64,000 nt of DNA from Pseudomonadota bacterium (lineage in GTDB: Bacteria > Desulfobacterota > Desulfobacteria > Desulfobacterales > JBDRRP01): contig JBDRRP010000086.1 in NCBI GenBank assembly GCA_043825735.1, forward strand, positions 75,046-139,045, written 5' to 3'. Positions 28,101 through 37,042 of this stretch are shown here, piece by piece. Within the stretch, counting starts at the first letter, position 1; each line of letters starts with the position of its first letter. Position numbers and translations under genes: made by a program. The notes beneath the pieces were generated by a model that did not search any database, was not told the DNA's origin, and worked only from the letters and a program-made list of their open reading frames with translations.

Positions 28101-28588
28101 ATCTGGTCGTGCTGGCAACCGGCGTAATCCCTGATTTGCCGGCCGATGTGGCAGCGGCCTATGGTGCCGCTTGTGACGGCGACGGCTTTTTTCAGGAGGC
28201 GGAATCCAAGTGGCGGCCGGTCGATTCGCTCACCGAAGGGGTCTTTGCGAGCGGTTTGTGTCATTCTCCCCGGTCCATCGCCGAATCCATCGCCACCGCC
28301 GAAGCCGCCGCCCAGCGGGCCCTGAGAATTCTTGCCAGTGAGTCGCTGCCGGTGAGCCGCGTCTCGGCCAGTGTCCGTCACAGTCTGTGCTCCCTGTGCC
28401 TGCGCTGCATCGACGCCTGCCCCTATGGGGCACGCAGCGTCGATACGGACGAGGAGCGCATCGTGGTCAATTCGCTCATGTGCCAGGGGTGCGGCGCGTG
28501 TGCCGCCGCCTGCCCGAATGGGGCGTCCATTATTGACGGGTATTCCAAGCCGTTCGTCATGGAGATGATCGATGCGGCGTTTGGGTGA
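25142..28588 (+). CDS. hdrA: Tandem HdrA-like flavoprotein with an internal response-regulator receiver domain
   Basis: Module 1: GAGISG, ferredoxin insert, REC (~25709-26065), QCVGSRD...FCSSICC. Internal CTCG..NLC..GTC domain. Module 2: GGGIAG, CVESRE...YCSKVCC. C-terminal 2x CxxCxxCxxxC. Confidence 0.88.
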   Translation: MKAKIGKALVVGAGISGIRSALDLAETGYHVTLIDRAPHIGGVLSQLDRQFPSDRCGMCKMLPLVDRDSASQYCLRKGMFHRNIDILLSTEIASVTGEAGRYEVVLKERPTWVDPQLCNGCGACTAVCPVDVPDEFNAGLSTRKAIYLPVPHTIPNPFIIDLAACTRCGACETACPTGAVRLSQQERKKFRILVVDDELVVRDSIKAWLEEEGGFAVETAASGPEALELLSRNAYHLMMLDIKMPGMDGVDVLKAAMETAADLPVIMMTAYAAVETAVEAMKLGALDYLIKPFDPASLTAMVIARYEDAEAARGRKLEVGAVVLCGGTEHYDPTGGKNTLGYGLVPDVVTGLEFERIMSGTGPSGGRLVRPSDGRPIRRVAWLQCVGSRDLQADADFCSSICCMFAIKEAIVAREQAGGDFEASIFYMDMRTCGKGFQRYRERAETEHGIAFIRGRVHSVVRDAATGDLMLRTTKEDGGSHDTAVDLVVLSVGQRPAPAVAKLTEPLALDTNPWGFVKTAPFSLTRVGNDGVFVGGSFAGPRDIGEAVIQASAAALGASRVIHSHGGGMAVVADAAVPPPKDVSFETPRALVVVCTCGGRLLKGLDMAALEQSFQRDPAVAQIASAENLCTAAGWDALTEMMTAHQPNRLLLGTCMPYVYNEKLDALSRRIQLPRALMTAVDIRPPAPASGTPPADAPATAGHVLSVLRSGLAKLKHAEPGPVETRPVTAGALVMGGGIAGMTAALAIADHGFHVDLVEAADALGGNLKWVSGTLDGEDTAPLLADSIKKVENHPRVTVHTRTRLIHAAGRVGAFSSTIEAADGRVEMLSHGVTILATGGHEAPTTAYGYGRLDGVITQKEMAQAIAEGFLATEKTGSVVMILCVESREEPRNYCSKVCCTTALKHALYLKKAWPDAPVTVVYRDMMTTGFAEHWYTEARRQGVLFIRYTPERKPTVAPAAAGDAGSRLQVDVWEPLLAKRLLIEADLVVLATGVIPDLPADVAAAYGAACDGDGFFQEAESKWRPVDSLTEGVFASGLCHSPRSIAESIATAEAAAQRALRILASESLPVSRVSASVRHSLCSLCLRCIDACPYGARSVDTDEERIVVNSLMCQGCGACAAACPNGASIIDGYSKPFVMEMIDAAFG

Positions 28589-28759
28589 GGAAAGTAGAAG
28601 ATGGGAGATGGGAGATCGGAGATAGGGCAGGGACGATTGCTGATTATCGTTATGGCGGATGCGATCCGCTAGTCAACGAATGACAAAACCGATGCTGGTG
28701 CGTAGGGGTGGGGTTTAACCCCGCCCGCAGGCATCAACCAGTTGCGCAAGGAAAAGACC

Positions 28760-29332
28760 ATGATGCAGCCGCAGACTACTGACAATGCCTCAGCGCGCGT
28801 GAGCATCGCCGTTCCCGACCAACTCGCGCCGGTGCGCGAGATGGTCCAGGCGTGCATTCAGTGCGGGACGTGCTCGGGCTCGTGCCCCAACGCCTTTGCC
28901 ATGGACATCACGCCCCGGCGCATGTGGCGCATGGTGCTCACAGGCCAGATGGCGGATCTTTTCAGCAGCAAGACCTTCATGCTCTGCTCGGTCTGCTACG
29001 CCTGCACCCTGAGATGCCCGCGCGGGCTTCCCCTGACCGATGCCATGAGCGCGCTCAAGCGGATCGCCGCCCGGGAAAACCGGCATCGAAGCAGCACTCA
29101 GTTTTACCTGAACTTCATGGAAAGCGTGCGTCGGCACGGCCGTGTGCGGGAGATGGAATTTATGACCCTGTATTTTTTCGCCATGAAAAATCCGCTGCTC
29201 CCGTTGCAGTTTGCATCCCTGGGGATGCGGCTGATGGCCAAGGGGAAAGTGTCGCTGCAGCTGCCGTCAAAAGGCAAGGGTAAACTCGACACCATATTTC
29301 GCAACGCGGAAGCCATGGAGGCGAAAGAATGA
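28760..29332 (+). CDS. hdrC: Heterodisulfide reductase subunit C-like 4Fe-4S protein
   Basis: CIQCGTCSGSCP and CSVCYACTLRCPRG; overlaps hdrB (ATGA). Confidence 0.85.
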   Translation: MMQPQTTDNASARVSIAVPDQLAPVREMVQACIQCGTCSGSCPNAFAMDITPRRMWRMVLTGQMADLFSSKTFMLCSVCYACTLRCPRGLPLTDAMSALKRIAARENRHRSSTQFYLNFMESVRRHGRVREMEFMTLYFFAMKNPLLPLQFASLGMRLMAKGKVSLQLPSKGKGKLDTIFRNAEAMEAKE

Positions 29333-30207
29333 ACTATTTGTACTACCCGGGGTGCTCACTGGAAGGGACGGCAAAGGAGTACGACCTGTCCACCCGGACA
29401 TTTATGGCGGCCGTGGGCGCCGTACTGACCGAATTGCCGGACTGGACCTGCTGCGGTGCGAGCGCTGCAGAGGCCACCAGTGCCGTTCTTTCCTTGGCCC
29501 TGCCGGCGAGAAACCTGGCCCTGGCCCAGCGTGCGGCGCCGGGGACCGATGTGTTGATTCCCTGCAGTGCCTGTTACCTGAATCTCAAGAAGGCGGCGGA
29601 AAAAATCCGGGAACCTGCCGTACTCAGCATGGTTAACACCGTCCTGGGGGAAGAAGATCTGGTCATGGGCACCGGAGTGCGGCCCCGGCATCTTCTAGAT
29701 GTTTTGAGTGTTGATATTGGCGCCCAAACCCTGGACGCGCGGGTCGCGCACCGGCTCGACGGTCTTGTCATTGCCCCTTACTACGGGTGCCAGTGTCTGC
29801 GTCCCTACCATGTGTTTGACGACCCGGAGCGGCCCCGGTCCATGGCGCCGCTCATTGAGGCCGTGGGTGCGACGGTCTTTCCCTGGGAAATGGGCGCTCG
29901 TTGCTGCGGCGCTTCTCACCTGACCACCAAACCGGCAGTGGGTCTCGAACTGGTGGCGGCAATTCTGAGTGCGGCCCGGGGGGCCGATGCCATTGTGACC
30001 GTCTGCCCCATGTGCCAGATGAATTTGGAAGCCTACCAGAAGAAAGCCTCCGGGCTCAACGGCAACGATTTGGAAATATCCATACTCTACCTGCCGCAAC
30101 TGCTCGGCCTGGCCGTCGGCCTTCCGGCCAGAGACCTGGGGATCGATCTCAATCTGACAATTACCGATGCGCTTTGCGACCGTCTCGAGGTGCTGGTGCC
30201 GGTGTGA
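29329..30207 (+). CDS. hdrB: Heterodisulfide reductase subunit B-like (two CCG domains)
   Basis: YYPGC, WTCCG, PCSAC; YYGC, CCG, VCPMCQMNLE. Confidence 0.9.
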   Translation: MNYLYYPGCSLEGTAKEYDLSTRTFMAAVGAVLTELPDWTCCGASAAEATSAVLSLALPARNLALAQRAAPGTDVLIPCSACYLNLKKAAEKIREPAVLSMVNTVLGEEDLVMGTGVRPRHLLDVLSVDIGAQTLDARVAHRLDGLVIAPYYGCQCLRPYHVFDDPERPRSMAPLIEAVGATVFPWEMGARCCGASHLTTKPAVGLELVAAILSAARGADAIVTVCPMCQMNLEAYQKKASGLNGNDLEISILYLPQLLGLAVGLPARDLGIDLNLTITDALCDRLEVLVPV

Positions 30208-30356
30208 CCGGGGGGCGTTTGGTGCATGAGCTATCAAATAGCTGCGGTGTCGGATCGTCTCCAAAGGAACCATCGCAGCAAAGGGTTCATTGAACACGCC
30301 CCGGATTTTTTTATCCGCCGGTGGGACACGACACCTTGCCCCGGAGTGCCTTTCTT

Positions 30357-32630
30357 ATGAAAAGTCCGATGAAAATGATTCGCCGCAGCCTGGCCGCCAA
30401 ACTCATCGTCATGGTGGGTAGTGTGCTGCTGTTGTCCATCGCCATCTGGTTCTATTACAACATCCGCTACCAGAAGGCCCAGATGATGGAAAATATTGTG
30501 GAGGGCACGGACCGGCTTACCAACGCCATCCGGCTGGGCACCCACTACGCTATGATGCTCAACTCCAGAGACGACATCACCCAGATCATCAACAACATCG
30601 CGCGTCAACCTGAAATCGAGAACATCCGCATTTACAACAAGGCCGGGCAGATCAAGTATTCCAACAAACCCGGAGAAGTCGACACCATCACCAATATCAA
30701 GGCCGAGGCCTGTGATATCTGCCACCGAAGCGATCCGCCGCAGGCCGCGCTCGCGTTGACCGAGCGCACGCGGATTTTTAGAGGGCCGGGCGGATACCGC
30801 CTGCTGGGTATCATCAGCCCTATCTGCAACGATACCGGCTGCGCCACCGGTGATTGCCACGTGCATCCGGAAGGAAAAGTTATCCTGGGCGCGCTGGACC
30901 TGGTGGTCTCACTCGAAAAGATCGACCGCGAGATCCTTGCGGCGGAAAAAGGCATCCTCGGGCTGACCGCTTTTATTTTCTTCGTCACCTCCTCCATCAT
31001 CTTCGTCTTCGTGCTCCACTTCGTCAACCAGCCGGTGAAGCGGTTGATCCGGAGCACGAAACTGATCGGCCAGGGCCAATACGCCACACGCGTGTCGGTC
31101 CAGCAGGAGGACGAGTTGGGTCAACTGGCCGAAACCATCAACGGCATGGGAGAGCAGATCGGCAAAAAACAGGAGGAATTGAGGCGGCAGCGCGACGAGT
31201 ACCAGAACCTTTTCGATCTGGTTCCCTGCATGATCACGGTGCAGGATCGCAACTACCGCATCCTTCGCTGCAACAGCGCTTTTTTCGGCGTGTTCCGGCC
31301 CGAGCCCGGCGATCTGTGTTTTCGCGCCTACAAGGGGCGCACTGAGAAATGCATCAACTGCCCGGTGGAAACGACGTTCGCCGATGGCCAGTCTCACTAC
31401 GCCGAAGAGACGGGGATCGACAAGGACGGCAATCCCAAGCACTGGCTGGTGAGAACTTCTCCCATCCGGGACGACGCCGGTGATATCGTGGCCGCCATGG
31501 AAGTTTCCCTGGACATTACTCCCCGCAAGCTTTTGGAAGACAAGCTGGAGGCATCCGAGAAGAAGTACCACGCCATCTTCAACAATATCCCAAACCCGGT
31601 ATTCGTTCTCGATAAGAAGACGCTGGTGATTCTCGACTGCAACGAGAGCGTCAAACCGGTTTACGCCATAGACGGCAAAGCACTGATCGGCGTCCCGTTT
31701 CCTGAGCTGTTCGCACCTGAAGAACGGGAGCGCTACGCCGGGGCGATCATTTCTTCGGAGGTGATCAACCAGGCCAAACAGGTGGCGGCCGGCGGCAAGA
31801 CAATATTCGTCAACATCCGCGTCTCTCCTTCGGAATATGACGGCCGCCACGTGCTGCTGGTGACCACCAGCGACATCACCCAGCGTCTGGAGACCGAGCA
31901 GCAGCTCATCCAGGCCAGCAAGATGGCCACCCTCGGGGAAATGGCCACCGGGGTGGCCCACGAACTCAACCAGCCCCTGTCGGTCATCAAGACGGCCAGC
32001 AGTTTTTTTATCAAGAAACTCGACACCCAAAGCCACCTGGATCCGGAAATTTTGTCGATCATGCTTCGAAAAATAGACGCCAACGTCGACCGGGCCTCAA
32101 AGATCATCAGTCATATGCGCCTGTTTGCCAGAAAGTCGGAGATCGACCTGGTGCACACCAATGTCAACGCCGTTCTGGTGAAGGCCTTCGAGATGTTCAG
32201 CCAGCAGCTCAAGGTGCGCGGCATCGAGGTGGTCTGGGATATCGCGGAAGATCTGCCCCCGGTGAGCGCAGACCCCATCCGGCTGGAGCAGGTGTTCATC
32301 AATCTGCTGCTTAACGCCCGCGATGCCATCGAGGAGCGTCTCGGCACCGATGCCGGCGTGCAGGAAGGCGTCATCAGACTTAAAACGCGCTTGAACAAGG
32401 AGATGGCTGTCATTGAAGTCGCCGACAACGGCAACGGCATTCCAGGCGAAATGGTGGACAAGGTCTTTGAGCCCTTTTTCACGACCAAGGAAGTTGGCAA
32501 GGGTACGGGGCTCGGCCTGTCCATCAGTTACGGCATCATCCGCGAGTGCGGCGGCAGCATTCGCGCAACCAACATGCCCGGCGGCGGGGCCAGGTTCATC
32601 ATTGCCCTGCCGGTTTGGAGGAGCGCATGA
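30357..32630 (+). CDS. Membrane sensor histidine kinase: periplasmic heme-c-motif domain, HAMP, 2 PAS, HisKA, HATPase
   Basis: Two TM segments flank CDICH and CATGDCH; HAMP DELGQLA; H-box [27 protein letters not shown]. Confidence 0.9.
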   Translation: MKSPMKMIRRSLAAKLIVMVGSVLLLSIAIWFYYNIRYQKAQMMENIVEGTDRLTNAIRLGTHYAMMLNSRDDITQIINNIARQPEIENIRIYNKAGQIKYSNKPGEVDTITNIKAEACDICHRSDPPQAALALTERTRIFRGPGGYRLLGIISPICNDTGCATGDCHVHPEGKVILGALDLVVSLEKIDREILAAEKGILGLTAFIFFVTSSIIFVFVLHFVNQPVKRLIRSTKLIGQGQYATRVSVQQEDELGQLAETINGMGEQIGKKQEELRRQRDEYQNLFDLVPCMITVQDRNYRILRCNSAFFGVFRPEPGDLCFRAYKGRTEKCINCPVETTFADGQSHYAEETGIDKDGNPKHWLVRTSPIRDDAGDIVAAMEVSLDITPRKLLEDKLEASEKKYHAIFNNIPNPVFVLDKKTLVILDCNESVKPVYAIDGKALIGVPFPELFAPEERERYAGAIISSEVINQAKQVAAGGKTIFVNIRVSPSEYDGRHVLLVTTSDITQRLETEQQLIQASKMATLGEMATGVAHELNQPLSVIKTASSFFIKKLDTQSHLDPEILSIMLRKIDANVDRASKIISHMRLFARKSEIDLVHTNVNAVLVKAFEMFSQQLKVRGIEVVWDIAEDLPPVSADPIRLEQVFINLLLNARDAIEERLGTDAGVQEGVIRLKTRLNKEMAVIEVADNGNGIPGEMVDKVFEPFFTTKEVGKGTGLGLSISYGIIRECGGSIRATNMPGGGARFIIALPVWRSA

Positions 32631-33823
32631 AACCCACCCCTGAAGGCATCGACACCATACTGCTCGTGGATGATGAAGAAGACATCCGCGAAGTGCTCTC
32701 GCTGTCCCTGACTGACATGGGCCACCGGGTGATCTGCGCGCGGGACGGCGTGGAGGGTCTGGCGCTGTATATGGAAGAAAAACCGCTCGTGGTGCTGACC
32801 GACATCAAGATGCCCAAGATGAACGGCATCGATCTGCTGCAGAAGATCAAGCATGAAAACCCGGAAACCGAAGTGATCATGATCACGGGTCACGGCGACA
32901 TGGACCTGGCGATCATGAGTCTCAAATACGATGCGGCCGATTTTGTCACCAAACCCATCAATGTGGACGCGCTCGAAATCGCCATGAAGCGGGCCTGTGA
33001 CCGCATCATCACCCGCCGCCAGCTCAGGTCCTATATGGAAAACCTTGAACGGCTGGTGCGCGAAAAGACCGAGTTGCAAGATCACCTCTCGTCGTTGGGG
33101 CTCATGATCGGCTCCATCAGTCACGGCATCAAGGGGCTGCTCACCGGTCTTGACGGCGGCATGTACGACATCGACCGGGGTCTGGGAAAGAAGGATCTTG
33201 GGGAAATCGCCGAGGGATGGCTGACGGTGAAGCAGGTGATGGCGCGCATCCGCAAAATGGTCCTGGACATTCTTTACTATGCCAAGGATCGGGATCTTCA
33301 GTGGGAGTGGGTCAATGTGCTGCAATTCGCCGAGGAGGTGGCGGCGGTGTTCGCATCCAAACTCCAGCAGTCAGGCATCGACTTTGTTCGCGATTTCGAC
33401 CCGTCGGCCACCGAGGCCCGCATCGATCCGGGCAGCGTTCACGCCGCGCTCATCAACATCCTGGAAAACGCGGTGGATGCTTGCCTGCGGGACGCTTCCA
33501 AGGATCAGCACACCATCACCTTCGGCGTCAGCCAGCGGGCCGGCGAAATCATTTTCAAGGTGCACGACAACGGCACCGGCATGAACCGGGAGACCCTGGA
33601 AAAGATCTTCGCGCTGTTTTACTCTTCAAAGGGCAGCGCCGGCACCGGTTTGGGCCTGTTTATCTCCAATACCATCGTGCGCCAGCACGGGGGCCAGATC
33701 CAGGTCTCATCCACCCCGGGCGTCGGCACCGTTTTCACCATCCGCCTGCCGGCGGAGCCAACCGGCGAAACCGTCCGGAACCCCGCCGAGGCGTCTGCTG
33801 CAGCCGAATCCGCGGATGGTTAA
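32627..33823 (+). CDS. Soluble REC-histidine kinase with atypical H-box
   Basis: LVDDE, TDIKMP, ITG, TKP; SISHGIKGLL; ENAVDA, DNGTGM, GTGLGL; ATGA overlap gives the start at 32627. Confidence 0.88.
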   Translation: MKPTPEGIDTILLVDDEEDIREVLSLSLTDMGHRVICARDGVEGLALYMEEKPLVVLTDIKMPKMNGIDLLQKIKHENPETEVIMITGHGDMDLAIMSLKYDAADFVTKPINVDALEIAMKRACDRIITRRQLRSYMENLERLVREKTELQDHLSSLGLMIGSISHGIKGLLTGLDGGMYDIDRGLGKKDLGEIAEGWLTVKQVMARIRKMVLDILYYAKDRDLQWEWVNVLQFAEEVAAVFASKLQQSGIDFVRDFDPSATEARIDPGSVHAALINILENAVDACLRDASKDQHTITFGVSQRAGEIIFKVHDNGTGMNRETLEKIFALFYSSKGSAGTGLGLFISNTIVRQHGGQIQVSSTPGVGTVFTIRLPAEPTGETVRNPAEASAAAESADG

Positions 33824-33995
33824 CTGCTCGTAATGCCGGGATCGATCCGGCATCCACTCGTGCCGCCGGCTGTAGGGCGGTATTCGAGAAACCCTGGCTC
33901 CGGATACAGGCGTCCTTTCCGTTTAGGCGCACGCATTATCATCGGGCCGTACACTAAGCGATCCGTAGCATGCAGTGGGCGGTGTCTTTTTTTGA

Positions 33996-34916
33996 CTACG
34001 GCAACGCCGGCGACAGATCCATGTACACTAACTTGGTGAATTGGTCCGGCGGCAGAAATCCTTTCCCCCATTTCTCGTCATATGCCTGGGTCGGTTTCGC
34101 GGCAATCACTGCTTCCATGGTTGCGCCGTTTTGCATGAGGCGGCCGACCTCGTCTCTGATCGCGGTCAGCATGGAAACGTATTGCTGGAGTCGGGTCTTG
34201 TCGGATAACGGCCCGTGCCCCGGCACGACCTTGGTTTTATCGTCGATCATCGGCAGAATCTGGTTGATGACTTTGATCATTCCATCGATCGATCCGCCTG
34301 AGTAGATGCCGATATAGGGGTAAAGACCCTCAAAATAGAGGTCGCCCATATGAATTACATTGGCATTTTGAAAGTAAACGACGGAATCCCCATCGGTATG
34401 GCCGGCTGCCAGATGAAACACCCGGACATCTTCCCCGTTCATGTGAAAAGCCATCTCTTTGGTATAAGTCAGCAGCGGGCGCGCCATTTCCGAAGAGGGC
34501 GGGACCTTGGTATTTAACATTGCCATATCGTGCGCCATCGCCATTTGTTTTCTGACATTCTCGTGGGCGATGATCGTGGCGCCGGTTTTCGCCACTTGCT
34601 CGTTGCCACCGACATGATCGAAATGCCAATGGGTGATCACCGCAAATCGGATCGGCTTCTCGCTCAGCTCCGAGATTCTGGATAACAGAGGAGAGACGGC
34701 CGCTTCGATTTTCGTATCGACCATCAACACGCCGTCACGACCGGTCAGAACAACGGTGTTGCCCATACCGCCGGTATCTTGAAGCAGATAGATGTTTTCA
34801 GTAATTTTCTCAGCACCGACTTCAATTGCGGCCGGCTCCTCGGCAAACGACACTGAAAGGCCGACAACGGTGATGACAACACTTCCGATGATCGCAAAAA
34901 TACGTCTGTGTTTCAT
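33996..34916 (-). CDS. Exported MBL-fold metallo-hydrolase (cyclase-like)
   Basis: Signal peptide MKHRRIFAIIG...SFA; THWHFDHVGGN, GHTDGD, HMGD, PGHG. Confidence 0.85.
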   Translation of the reverse strand: MKHRRIFAIIGSVVITVVGLSVSFAEEPAAIEVGAEKITENIYLLQDTGGMGNTVVLTGRDGVLMVDTKIEAAVSPLLSRISELSEKPIRFAVITHWHFDHVGGNEQVAKTGATIIAHENVRKQMAMAHDMAMLNTKVPPSSEMARPLLTYTKEMAFHMNGEDVRVFHLAAGHTDGDSVVYFQNANVIHMGDLYFEGLYPYIGIYSGGSIDGMIKVINQILPMIDDKTKVVPGHGPLSDKTRLQQYVSMLTAIRDEVGRLMQNGATMEAVIAAKPTQAYDEKWGKGFLPPDQFTKLVYMDLSPALP

Positions 34917-34930
34917 AGAAATGTCACTCC

Positions 34931-35242
34931 CTACTTGATAAAGCTGCAGCAATAATCGGTTGTTTTTGATACCTTCAGCTGGAATTTGGACTTGGCGGGT
35001 ACTTCGAAATCCTCCCCCCCCTTTATTCTTTGCCATTCGCCACCGGGCAGGAGAACATCCAGATCCCCCGACAGGATTTCCATAATCTCTTTGTCATCAG
35101 TGTTGAACTCGTATTCACCGGGGAGCATGATGCCCAGCGTTTTACGGGAGCCATCTTTGAAAATCACCGAGCGGCTGGTGACCTGGCCGTCAAAATAGAT
35201 ATTCGCCTCGCGGACAACGGATACGTTTTCAAATTGAGACAT
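34931..35242 (-). CDS. ppnP: Pyrimidine/purine nucleoside phosphorylase (DUF1255)
   Basis: [12 protein letters not shown]...[21 protein letters not shown]...DYCCSF. Confidence 0.9.
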   Translation of the reverse strand: MSQFENVSVVREANIYFDGQVTSRSVIFKDGSRKTLGIMLPGEYEFNTDDKEIMEILSGDLDVLLPGGEWQRIKGGEDFEVPAKSKFQLKVSKTTDYCCSFIK

Positions 35243-35518
35243 ATAGGGTTCCTTTATACGCTGAAAAGGTTTGCTCCAGTTCTTTTTTCTGGAGGTAGAT
35301 TGCTTCTTAATCGAAATCGAATTGCGCAGTCAGCGCGCCGGCCGTGTCATGACGCGCTTATTATGCGCTTCTCGAGAGCCGGTAGATATCACCTTGGCCA
35401 GTCCAGGTTCAATGACGTTTCGATTTCGATAGCGATCCCGATTTCGATTTGGATCGGTGGTCCCGGCAACTCCGTTTACCCCACCACAAAATGGTAACCT
35501 TCTCAAGCACAATTCTAA

Positions 35519-35664
35519 AGACATCATGGTCTGCTGTGTCAGGGGGGTTTTGCACGTGGGACATTCGCGGATGATGTCGGGTCCAGGCCGGTATGACCAA
35601 GCCGGCGATGCATAAAGGAGGCCGAGGATCGCCAAGAAAAAAAGTATGCTTTTCAGTTTTACAT
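35519..35664 (-). pseudogene. 5' fragment of a secreted CxxC protein, apparently truncated
   Basis: Signal-like KSILFFLAILGLLYASPAWS followed by PGPDIIRECPTCKTPLTQQTMMS; the frame then runs into repeat-derived sequence (NRNRDRYRNRN). Confidence 0.4.
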
Positions 35665-35705
35665 TTGTTATCTTGTGTCCGGCCGGAAATGGTAGAATTG
35701 GTAGT

Positions 35706-35781
35706 ACCAAAAAGTGGCGTGGATGGAAGGTGCCGGAAATCGCGCCGCTTTTTGGTGCCTGAGTGGATGTGATTGTTAGAC
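35706..35781 (-). other. Partial integron attC-like site
   Basis: Minus-strand GTCTAAC (RYYYAAC) 8 nt after the methyltransferase stop, then a 14-bp inner stem ACCAAAAAGCGGCG / CGCCACTTTTTGGT; no matching GTTRRRY end found. Confidence 0.45.
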
Positions 35782-35789
35782 TATCAGTG

Positions 35790-36797
35790 CTAAACTCTTT
35801 TTGCAATTAGAAGTACTTCTTCGCTGAGTTTACTATTATCAATAACTTGTTGAAATTCAGACATCAACATTGAGATTTTTTGATGCAGTATAGATCCATC
35901 TAAGTCTAAAGCAAAAAGCCCTAATGTGGAAAACATTTCATAAAAATCTTGTCCAAAATACCAAACATTTGTTATTTCGTAATTGCTGTTTGTTAACATA
36001 ATCTCTAACGACCTTACAGAGAACAAAAATAGATGAAGCGGTGGATGCATAATCCTATTTACTTGTTCTGGAAATGCGATTTGGCTGTAGGCTGATAAAG
36101 ATGGGAAATGTGGCACCTCAAGAACAAGATTGTCATTTTTTATCTGGATTTTTTGTATGGACGCTAACAGACTTAATGGATCCAATACATGCTCTAACAC
36201 GCCAAACAGCGAAATAACCCCCCATTTCCCATAGAATTCTGAAATATTTTCTTTAGTTATGGATTTCTCATCGATATCCACCCCAAACCTTTTCTTCCCA
36301 AAATTCCTTTCCTCTGTTTTAGTTTCTAAGCCACGCACTACAAATCCATTTTGAGATGCTACATATAGCATTTCGGCAATACCACATCCTATGTCTAACC
36401 AGGAGTTATTTTCAGTAGTGATATTTTTTGAAATATATTCGAACTTTGGTTCTGCAATATGTTTTACTCTAAAGTCTGCCATATCTGATAATAGTTGCTT
36501 GTTTGCAGAAGTGTAATAGTCAGAGTTATATATCTTACTTAATTCACTTTCTGCCGGTGGGTTTCCAACAAAGGCGACATTGCATTCACAGCATTCATAA
36601 TAAGAAAAATTATAAATGGTTTGTAATAACTTGAAATCAGAAGATTTGCAGATTGGACAGCCACTTAACGTGGCGCCAGGAACAATTTCTTCGGATGCCT
36701 TCTTTGCCAGAGCAATCGAATTTTCTTTATTTAGGGACTTTTTCAACTTTGTACTATCTAATTGTTTTCCATATTTAATTTCAGGTGAGTTTGTCAT
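35790..36797 (-). CDS. Class I SAM-dependent methyltransferase with N-terminal CxxC..CxxC
   Basis: CPIC...CCEC, WLDIGCG, VLEHV.DP, LEVP, HLFLFS; strongly AT-rich. Confidence 0.85.
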   Translation of the reverse strand: MTNSPEIKYGKQLDSTKLKKSLNKENSIALAKKASEEIVPGATLSGCPICKSSDFKLLQTIYNFSYYECCECNVAFVGNPPAESELSKIYNSDYYTSANKQLLSDMADFRVKHIAEPKFEYISKNITTENNSWLDIGCGIAEMLYVASQNGFVVRGLETKTEERNFGKKRFGVDIDEKSITKENISEFYGKWGVISLFGVLEHVLDPLSLLASIQKIQIKNDNLVLEVPHFPSLSAYSQIAFPEQVNRIMHPPLHLFLFSVRSLEIMLTNSNYEITNVWYFGQDFYEMFSTLGLFALDLDGSILHQKISMLMSEFQQVIDNSKLSEEVLLIAKRV

Positions 36798-37042
36798 CTG
36801 TTAACTCCCGTTAATAGGCTTTTCACATCTAAAATTATAATGTCTTGCTATCTGGTTTTGCTGGAGCCTCGGTATCTGAGGCCCCGCAGCTATTCAATTC
36901 ACAGTTTTTGTCAAAAATTATCCTTCACAACAGTTTGGCAAATTATACTCTGCGAGCTGCAGCCGCCAGACGGCGAAATATTTGGGTCTCAGATAGATTA
37001 GGCGCCACTCTTCGTACTTGATCGCGTGTGTATGGGGCTTTA

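Noticed and set aside
28599..28730. AGATGGG heptamer run and CGTAGGGGTGGGTTTAACCCCGCCC hairpin between hdrA and hdrC as an ncRNA
   Set aside because: They look like short REP-type repeat remnants; no evidence for a defined RNA.
19697..30207. Class II benzoyl-CoA reductase (Bam) or QmoABC
   Set aside because: No BamB-type tungsten enzyme, no membrane QmoC and no aprAB in the window; MvhD is a separate gene.
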